A stretch of 63,397 bases of DNA, counting the filler, from Reclinomonas americana ATCC 50394 (taxonomy: Eukaryota), in the NCBI GenBank assembly GCA_048213135.1. It is 18 parts of 18 records of this genome, joined end to end, with 100 filler letters (N's around TTAATTAATTAA, not from the genome) between each part and the next. Parts side by side here need not be neighbours in the genome. Positions count along the whole stretch, not along the records: positions 51,460 to 57,227 come from AFZH01021951.1; positions 57,328 to 58,687 come from AFZH01021953.1; positions 58,788 to 62,147 come from AFZH01021954.1; positions 62,248 to 63,397 come from AFZH01021958.1; 14 more parts are not named here. One strand, 5' to 3'. A model generated the notes under the pieces. It had not been told where the DNA came from, did not search any database, and saw nothing but the letters and a program-made list of their open reading frames with translations. Positions 54,277 to 63,397 of this stretch are shown in pieces. The first letter of the stretch is position 1, and the number at the start of each line of letters is the position of its first letter. Made by a program: the position numbers and the translations under genes.

Positions 54277-57200
54277 TGCTTCTCCAACAACAGCAGCAGC
54301 AATCGGACACCTTTAGCGAGGATTCACCGGCGCGTAGTGCGCACACCACGCCGCCACTCTCACTCGGGACATCACCACCAGTCAGCAGTGGTCTGCTGAC
54401 ACCGACGCACGGGTTGTCGTCGACTCCGACTCCAATCACGCAAGCCAGGCATCCAACGCCGATGCGGAACAGTTTTGGGAGCTGGTTGGGCGACGAGGAC
54501 GCCGACGAGGTGCACTCGACAAGGGTGAGTTTTCCCTAGCAGGATGTGACGCGGTCAATCTATCGCTGCTCTCGTTTCTCTTGCTGTGCTCACGTTGATC
54601 TCTCGCTGCTCTCGTTGCTCTCGTTCCTCTCGCTGTTCTCGTTCCTCTCGCCGTGCTCTCGTTCCTCTCGCTGTGCCCTCGTTCCTCTCGCCGTGCTCTT
54701 GTTCCTCTCGCTGTGCTCTCATTGCTCTCGCTGTGCTCTCGTTCCTCTCGCTGTGCTCTCGTTCCTCTCGCTGTGCTCTCGTTCCTCTCGCCGTGCTCTC
54801 GTTGCTCTCGCTGCTCTCCTGCTCTCCTGCTCTCGCTGCTTTCGTTGCTCTCGCTGCTCTCGTTGCTTTTGCTGTGCTCTCGTTCCTCTCGCTGTGCTCT
54901 CGTTCCTTTCGCTGTGCTCCCATTCCTCTCGCTGTGCTCCCGTTTCTCTCGTTCCTCTCGCTGTGCTCTCGTTCCTCTCGCTGCGCTCTCGTTCATCTCG
55001 CTGTGCTCTCGTTCCTCTCGCTGTGCTCTCGTTCCTCTCGCTGCGCTCTCGTTGCTCTCGCAGCTCCCTTCCTCCCGCTGCTCTCGCTGCTCTCGTTCCT
55101 CTCGCTGTGGTCTCGTTCCTCTCGCTGCTCTCGTTGCTCTCTCTGTGCTCACGTTGATCTCTCTGTGCTCTCATTGCTCTCTCTGGCCTCGTTCCTCTCG
55201 CTGTGCTCCGTTCTACTCGCTGTGCTCTCGTTCATCTCGCTGTGCTCTCATTCCTCTCTCGTTGCTCTCGTTCCTCTCGCTGTGCTCTCGTTCATCTCAC
55301 TGTGCTCTCGTTCATCTCGCTGTGCTCTCGTTCATCTCGCTGTGCTCTCGTTCCTCTCGCTGCGTTCTCGTTCCTCTCGCTGTGCTCTCGTTGCTCTCGC
55401 TGTGCTCTCGTTGTTCTCTCAGTGCTCTCGTTCATCTTGCTGTGCTCTCGTTCCTCTCGCTGTGCTCTTGTTCCTCTCGCTGTGCTCTCGTATCTCTCTC
55501 GGTGCGCTCTCGCTGCACCTCGTCTTCCCCCGTTCTCTTCCCCCTTTCTCCCCTTCCCCTTTTGCCTCTGTCCCCCTTCCCCTTTCCCCCATTCCCCCTC
55601 TCACCCTTCCCCATCTCTCCCTTTTCCATCCAACAGGGTCACGCGGCCATCCCGTGGAGCCCCGAGATGGGCGACGACTCCATGGGCTACGAGGGAGCCG
55701 GCGGGTCCACGCGAAAGCCGCACAGCGCATCGAAATCGCCCGTGGCTTCGCGTTCCAGCGCCGCTTTTTCCACGTCGTCCGCTTCCGGCCTGCAGCACGC
55801 ACTACGCATGCAAATGGAGGTGTTTGCCGCGTCGGCCACGCGCACCACGCGACACAATAGCACCAGCGGCGGCGGCAGCGGTGGTGGTAAGCCACCGAAT
55901 GCCGAGTTGGCGGCGCTGGGACCGTCGCCGACCATGATTGCGCCGCCGGGTGCGCGTCGTCCGTCGCCCCCCGTCAATCAGCACCAGTCGCATCACGATC
56001 AACAGCAGCAGCAGCAGTCGCACCAGTCACATCACCATCACAATCACCACCACCATCAGCATCATCACCACCACCATGACAGGCACGATGAAATGGCGAC
56101 GGGGGCGGCGGGTGCGTCGGAGCCGGGAGTTGGCTCGGGTGCCGGCGTCAGTGGTCGCGCCAGTGCGAGTTTGGTCGGGTCGGGAGGTGGGGCGGCGACG
56201 GTCAATGAGCGTGGCAAGGAGTCACCGCTGCGACCCATTGATGGGTCGGTGGTGGAGCCGTGGAGTGGCATGGTTACCGCCGGTGACGTGCGCGACGTCG
56301 TGGAACTCATTCAGCAGCACCTGCTGTTGGACTCGGCGGCACAGGTGCCGAACAATGACACACCAGTGTCGGCGTACTCGTACTCGCCGAGCACGGTGCA
56401 CGCGACGCCACCGCCTCCGGTGGAGTCGCTGCAGTCCACCACCGCTGGTGCTGGTGCCACCACCACCACCACCACGACAACACCGGGAACGGCGGCTGCT
56501 GGTGGTGGTGGAAGTGGGCGGTTGGTGGACTCGGTGCAGGTGCCGCACGAGTTCCGACCGCTCGTCGAGTCGTTTGTGGAGAAACTCAAGGGACTGCCGT
56601 TGGGCGAAATCACGCGCCTCATGGCGGCGCGCGAGAACGCACAGCAGGACGAGGTGGCGCCGCCGGTGATGACTCCGACTGGCACGCGGCTGTCGCGTCG
56701 GTTGGGCGCCAGGCAGCAGCACGTGCCGGCCGATCTCACCCTGCCGCTCTTTGATTTGAACACGAATCGGAGTTACAGCTCGCAGTCGCCGTCGCCGTCG
56801 CCAAGGAGGCCGTCGTCGGTGAGCAGGGGAAGGGGAGAGAAGAGGAAGGGGAAAGGGACGACAGCGAAACGACATGACACGAGCATAGATTTCTGAGTTT
56901 CAGTGAGAGATGTGAGCAGCCTGATTTCGTGCTGCTTGAGAAGAAGTCCAACCTCTCACTCACCTCTCTCCCGCCACAGCGACGAGAACGCCGTCGACGT
57001 GCCCACCGCGACGCCACAGCTGCCGCCCCGCTCGGCATGTCCCTGTCGTCACCGCACAATGGCGTGCACCGTCAGCACCAGCAGCAGCAACAGCAACACG
57101 TGTACTACACCCACCAGCATCACGGTCACCACCATCACCATCACCATCAGCACCACCACCAGCAACACCATCACCAACACCAGCAGCAGCAGCAGCAACT

Positions 57201-57575
57201 CTCGCCGCAACTCAGTCCGCACCAGCANNNNNNNNNNNNNNNNNNNNNNNNNNNNNNNNNNNNNNNNNNNNTTAATTAATTAANNNNNNNNNNNNNNNNN
57301 NNNNNNNNNNNNNNNNNNNNNNNNNNNCTTCGCCGGCTGCCGAATCGCCGCTCACACCGCGACTTGCGGCACCCCCGGCGATGGTGGCAGCACCGGCGGT
57401 CGCCACTGCCGTAGTGGTGGAAGTCGGTGGCTCAGAAGGCGAATCCGTTGGCGCTTTGTTGCCGGCGGGCGCCTCTTCTTCGTCCCCCTCCTCCTCCTCC
57501 TCTTCGTCGACTGCTGCGGTGGCTGACGCGACGGCGGCGGCAGAGGGCGACAATGCAAGCGGGTCTTTGCAATAA
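51499..57575 (+). CDS. Large low-complexity (Ser/Pro/His/Gln-rich), probably disordered protein; multi-exon
   Basis: GC-rich exons at ~51499-51702, 51789-51951, 52264-53117, 53863-53950, 54009-54524, 55637-56818 and ~56980-57575 (across a gap) with frame-compatible junctions. Contains poly-H and poly-Q tracts. No domain recognised. Confidence 0.6.
54562..55500. repeat. 20 bp intronic minisatellite (CTCGTTCCTCTCGCTGTGCT)n
   Basis: Directly visible tandem copies in intron 54525-55636. Confidence 0.93.
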
Positions 57576-58634
57576 GGTACAACATCAATGAAAAAACAAG
57601 CAGCACATTATGATACGCGAGGGGTTTCTATGAAAGCGTGCCACGGTGTCGCATGTGCGAACCGTGGACGGCGTCGTGTGGGTGTTTTTTATTTGGCGGA
57701 CTGAGTCTGCTTGGCGGTCTTGCTCTTGAGGTCGCGGACGAGTTGCTGCAGGGAGGAGAAGGCGTGTCAGGAGAAGAGAAAAAAAGGAAGGGAAAGAGAG
57801 GATGACAAGAGAGCGAGAGAGCATGGTCTGCAAGCATCACGTCACTCTCGAGGGCAATTAAAGAGAGAAAGTGAAGGAGATGCAGAATCGTGCAGACCAG
57901 CCTCTCTATCGCACACTCTTTCGTTCTCATTCTCTCTCACGAAGGCAGAGACAATGCACGTGTGTATGTGTGTGAGTGTGCGCACGTGAGAGAGAAGCGC
58001 ACAATCTCTCTCACATGCACGACACAGAAAAAGAAACTGTTATGCACAACGGGGTGCGAGTGTGCAGAGAGAGGGAGAGGGAGAGGGAGGGAGAGAGAGC
58101 ACAATCTCTCTCATCTCCACGCGAAGACACGAGTTGCGCGAGACAGAGACACGGTGAGTGAGTGTGTGTGTGTGAGAGGGAGAGGCACACTCACTCACAC
58201 TCAAGCACCCACAGTGCACACAAAGGAAACGCGCAGAAGAGAGGCACAAGCTCTCTCGCTTCCTCTCTCACATAAAGAATGCACGAACGAGAGTGCAATG
58301 ATTCGAATGCAGAGACGCACACACGCAAACTTACACACAAAGGAGCATGCACGTGTATGTGTGTGCGACAGAGAGAGAGGGACAGTGAGAGAGTGAGAGA
58401 GAGAGAGAGACGCACAATCAAATTGCACACAGGAAGGCACAATCTCATCTCTCACACAATGTGTGTGTGCGTATGTGTGTGCACGCGTGTGAATGCGTGA
58501 AAGACGGAGAGCGCTCACACAAACATGCAAAAGGGAGAACACAGACAGAAAGTCTCACAGTGTGCGTGCGTATGTGTGAGTGTGAGAGAGAGAGTGTGTG
58601 TGTGTGTGTGTGTGCGTTGCTGTGAGTGTGTGTG

Positions 58635-58687
<53 letters not shown>

Positions 58688-58908
58688 NNNNNNNNNNNNN
58701 NNNNNNNNNNNNNNNNNNNNNNNNNNNNNNNTTAATTAATTAANNNNNNNNNNNNNNNNNNNNNNNNNNNNNNNNNNNNNNNNNNNNGAGAGAGAGAGAG
58801 AGAGTGAGGCGAAGTCTTGACAATCACAAGCAAACTCGCACACAAAGGAGCACACAGTGCGTTGCGGCGAGAGATGCAATCTCACTCACGAATGCACACA
58901 CATTCGCA

Positions 58909-58977
<69 letters not shown>

Positions 58978-59923
58978 CACTCTCCCTTCTCCTTTCCCCT
59001 TCACACACCTCCACCACCGCCATCCTCTTCAACGCCGCCTTCTCATTCTGCCGCCTCGTCTGCGTCCGCTTCAACGGCTTCCACACCAATCCACCAAGCG
59101 CAACACAACTCGCTCGCAACATTCACAATCAAATCAATGAAGGACAAATGAATGTCGGGGACGAGGACAACGTTCCTCTTTTCCCATGACCGGCATTCCT
59201 TTCTGCCAAGAATGATGTCATGGGCGTGGAATCGCTGTTGGATATGGTTAAACGTGGTCATCAAGACAGCTGTTGCTTGTGTCGGCAAGGGATTTGCGGA
59301 CATGCAATTGTCGAATGCAATGTGGTGAATGAAGCGTTTTGCTTCGAATTCTTTTGTTGCTCGACCCTTTACTGTCAGTAGGACAAGGCACAGGTCAGCT
59401 TATCCAACCGCCTGTCCCTGTGTGCTTGCAATTGCGCAGCCGTATCCGACCCTCCTCGACATTTCACTTCGCAATGTCGACGTCGCACAAAAAAATCGCT
59501 TTCTGGTGCAACATTTTTCCCCCTTTTGACACCCAAAGTGCTAGCGTTTGCGATTTTCTGGCTCCAGAATGCCGGCATTCTTTTACTTTGAGGAAACCCG
59601 CTTTGCTTTTTTTCTTCACGAATCCGGACCCGGCATCGTAATTTTATGACGTTTTTGTTTCCCTGGCCATGGCCTTTTTCAGAATTCGATGTGCCGTGCA
59701 CGGACCGCAGAAAACGCTATTAGTATGCTGGTGCTTGTGTTGATGTTTTGCACTTGGTCACCGAGACGCGAATTGGTGTCAATCAGCACCTGTCGCTCAA
59801 ATCGACAATCCACTCAATCAAGGCACAGAAGACAGGACACAAAAGCGAGATTGAGTGCTGCAACGCGCGTGCACAGTGTCAGTGTCCGTGTCAGTGTGTG
59901 TGACAGAGCGCGCGCGATCAACC

Positions 59924-60550
59924 ATGGAGGTGTTTCAGATGGACGAAGACGATGAGCTGCTCTCATCATCGACGGGCGGTTTGAGCAAAGACGGTTATTT
60001 TACTTTCCTTTCCTTATAATACTCCTCGCACACACGCGCACGCACAACGCACCACATAGCAGTTTGTTCCTCACATACTCACATACGCGCGGATCAACAG
60101 ACTCGATCACCGATACGTACATGCGATATCCCGCACCGACGACTGCTGCGACAACAGCAACGGTTCGATCCTCATCATCATCATCATCACGCGCAACTCA
60201 TCATCAACATCAGCAAGCCGTGTCACCGCCACTGCCTCCACCAGTGATGATGACAGCGAGTGCGGCGAGTGGTGCGGTGGCAAGTGCGTCAGTTGGTGAT
60301 GTCGCAATCGCCACTGGCTCCTCGTTGGCGAGCGAGAATGATCCGCATCGTATGCTCCTTCTTCTCGATCACGATGATGATGATGAGCAAGTTGGGCATA
60401 ATCGGCGGTTGAACAAGCACGCGCACTCTTCCAATGGGAGACAGCGCAACGATGATGGTCCGCACGTGCGCTTTGCCACGTTCAAGCTCGAGCATCGGCT
60501 GCGCATTGCGCGGAGCACGCGGTTGACGACCACTGAGTGGGTGTTGCCTG
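59924..60550 (+). CDS. 5' exons of a hypothetical protein
   Basis: MEVFQMDEDDELLSSSTGGLSKD, intron 59994-60100, then DSITDTYMRYP...HVRFATFKLEHRLRIARSTRLTTTEWVLP followed by a G|GTGAGG donor. Confidence 0.55.
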
Positions 60551-60716
60551 GTGAGGAAGAGGGGATGAGGGAAGGGAGGGTGATAGATGCGGGATTCCCT
60601 GTTGTCTTGTCCCTTTGTGGTGGTGACGCGTGTTTGTTTGTGTGAGGGAGTGTGCGCGCTGCGTGCTGTGTGTGTTTGTGTGAGCGTGTGTGTAAGTGCT
60701 GTGCTCTGTGGCTAGT

Positions 60717-61370
60717 GATCATTGATCGCACTGGCGGGTCCTCATTCGGTCGTCCTCTCATATTTGCTCTCTCAGAGTCTCATCTCTCTTGTCTCTCGCA
60801 CATCTCTCGCACACTCTCTTACTCTCCGTCTGTATGTGCTTGTGTTGCTCTGTGTGTGGAGTTGACGGGTGATCATTGATCGCACTGGCGGGTCCTGTTC
60901 TGTCGTCCTCATACTTGCTCTCATAGAGACTTCTCTCTCGTCTCTTGTCTCTCACATGTGCGCACGCTTGCTCTTCCTCTCTGTCTTTGTGAGCTTGTAT
61001 TGCCCTCTGGAGTTGGTGGATGATCATTGATCGCGCTGGCGGGTCCTTTTTCTGTCGTCCTCTCATACTTGCTCTCTCGGAGTCTCTCCTGTCTCTCGCA
61101 CATTCACACACTTGCTTTACCTCTCCGTCTCCGTCTGTATGTGCTTGCGCTGCCCCTTTGGAGTTGGTGGATGATCATTGATCGCGCTGGCGGGTCCTTT
61201 TCTGTCGTCCTCGCATACTTGCTCATAGAGACTTTTTTCTGCACTCTTGTCTCTTGTCTCTCGCACACTCTCGCATACTCTGTCTCCGTTTGCATCTGCT
61301 TGTGTTGCTCTGCGTGCGTGGACTTGAGGTGCTCATGGATCGCGCTGGCGGGTCCATTTTCTGTCGACCA
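60717..61370. repeat. ~150 bp degenerate tandem repeat (5 copies), probably intronic
   Basis: GATCATTGATCGC(A/G)CTGGCGGGTCC recurs near 60717, 60871, 61022, 61173 and (degenerate) 61333. Confidence 0.85.
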
Positions 61371-62247
61371 CTTACAACGCCCACCTTTGTTCCTTGCTCT
61401 CCTTATTGAGATTCCCTTCTCTCTCCCCACGCTCGTACTCTTGCACGCTCGTACTCTCTCGCCCTTTGCACGCCACGCGGAGTTCGTCTCCGATCATCGG
61501 GTTCTTGTGCATCAGTCGTCCGGTTGCGGGCCTTTGTACGTCTGTGTGCATCACGCGGAGTTGTTCTCCGAGCATTCACTTGCTCCTTTTGTGGTCTTGC
61601 GCTTCCTTGTCTCTGGGCTTGTTTGGTTTTGTGGGGGCATCGGTTTGGCTCGTTGTTGCTTGATTTGGTCCATAGACGAGGTTTTTCGTGCGCGTGATCG
61701 GCTCTTTCCTCTTTGCTATTTGCATGTCGTTTGTCTGTTGTTTGTTTGGCAAGGAAGGTCGCGGTGTGATTCGATCCATCTTGTCTGGCGATGTTGTCCG
61801 CCGAGGATGCATGCCGTTCTTGTCTGGCATGCCGGTTCTGGTTTTCACGGCTGTCCACCGCATTTCACGCCTTTTTGTCGTCCGCCTCGCTTGTTGTCTG
61901 TCTTCTGAGATCGTGCTGCACATTTCCTGTCATGTCCTCTTTGCTGTCTCTTTCCGTATTATTCCCGTCACCTCCCACAAATCCCCCGTTTCCGACAGAA
62001 TCATTCTGTAATTCCTCTCTTCTTTTGTCCCTCTCTTTCACTGTCTCTTCCTCTCTCTTCCTCTCTCTTTCTTTCTCTGCCTGTCTGTCTCTCTGTCTTT
62101 CTCTCCTTCTGTCTCTATTTTTCTCTCTCTTTCTCTCTCTTTCTCTCNNNNNNNNNNNNNNNNNNNNNNNNNNNNNNNNNNNNNNNNNNNNTTAATTAAT
62201 TAANNNNNNNNNNNNNNNNNNNNNNNNNNNNNNNNNNNNNNNNNNNN

Positions 62248-63107
62248 TCACGATCCACGCGGATCGCCACCATCCACCACCACCGCCACCACCACCACGA
62301 GTACCTCCTCCCCCGGGGCCACGGGCCACAGCTCACGCGCCGCACCGGCGCCGATCATTGTGGCCTCGCCACCGCCGGCCAGCGACTCGAGTGGTGGCGG
62401 CGGTGGTGGAGTGGGATCGCCACTGTCGCCGCTCTCCATCCCCTCGATTTATTTGCCCGTGAGCCCAATGCACATGATGCCGCCGCCGGCCAAGTCACCA
62501 TCGCGTGCCTTGTCCGCCAGTCGGCGCCACTTGGAGCCGCTGCCCGGCTCACCGTCGGCGCGCGCCGCCTCTGTGCCGCCCTCGTTAATGTCGTCCCATG
62601 TTCTCTCGCCGGCCGGTGCAGCGGCAGCAGCAGCAGCGCACCCGCCTGCAGTAGACGGCGAAGTGCACATGGACGCAGAGCGCGACGAGCTGGAGGTGCT
62701 GCTGCGCAAGGCCATGGCGTGCGCCGACCAAATGGAACGCAGTCAGCAGCAGGAGCACGCACAACGGGAGGAGCTGTTGCGCCTCCAGCGACAACTCCTC
62801 GACTCCACGCCGCAGCAGGCCGCGCTGGAGAAGCAGCGTGCCGAGCTGACGAAGGCGCTGGACGCGAAGATGGTGCAGCTGGCGCAGGCTCGCAAGGATG
62901 CCGAGAAGAGCACCAAGGCGCAGGTTTGTGTTGGTGGTGGTGGAAGAGGTGGTGAGGGTGATGTGTTCAAGCTGACCTGTGTGAATTTTCCCCCCGCAGC
63001 GAGCGTCACTCAACAAGGTGCGAAGGCGAGTGCAGAAGCTGGAGCAGGCGCTGGAGAAGCATCGCTTCAAGACGAGCGAGTTGGCCGATGCGCAGGCCGT
63101 GGTGCAG
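62248..63107 (+). CDS. Pro/Ser-rich plus coiled-coil exons of a hypothetical protein (possibly the same gene as 59924)
   Basis: Open GC-rich frame containing AERDELEVLLRKAMACADQMERSQQQEHAQREELLRLQRQLL, intron 62924-62999, then RASLNKVRRRVQKLEQALEKH. Confidence 0.6.
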
Positions 63108-63212
63108 GTGAGGGGATTGGGGAGGGATGAGGGAAGGAGGAGAAGGAGGGGACAGAGTGAGCGAGATAATACAATGATATTGGTTTCCAGCCGGGCAAAG
63201 AGGATAAGTGTA

Positions 63213-63245
<33 letters not shown>

Positions 63246-63397
63246 CTGCAATCTGCGATTGAGAACGATATCGTGAGAGACGAATGCAGCAAGAGAGAAC
63301 AGGGCAGTGGCTGTAGTGGTTTCGCAAACACAGGCTACGCAGTGTCCATCGCCTCGTCTCAGAGACATGAGTGATGGTTGGGAGCCGTAGAAAGTCT

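Overview
Draft-assembly eukaryotic (protist-like) DNA. It is gene-dense and intron-rich, with many (CT)/(GA)/(CA) microsatellites and artificial N-TTAATTAATTAA-N gap spacers. Manual splicing recovers: two tail-to-tail plant-like (clade 1) catalases; a secreted thioredoxin-fold protein; an ADPRM-family metallophosphatase; an intronless DUF4286-like gene; a putative immune cluster (NB-ARC-like STAND NTPase, RING-kinase, and a NACHT-pentapeptide-WD40 gene with an inverted NACHT-less pseudogene); a large coiled-coil gene; an NDUFAF3-like gene; RPS10; and several low-complexity proteins. The most striking signal is in the introns, which have two classes of 5' splice donor. Donors after an exonic G use the standard register (G|GTGCGT, GTGAGT, GTTTGT; G at +5). 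Donors after A/C/T almost always use a register shifted by one base (H|GTTGCGT, GTTTCGT, GTTGAGT; G at +6), seen at about 30 introns. Also notable are an LRGG|GCGxS motif in the NACHT-WD40 protein, near-intron pairs between the catalase paralogs, and long introns that are purine-rich at the 5' end and pyrimidine-rich at the 3' end. All gene models are manual inferences without transcript or database support.
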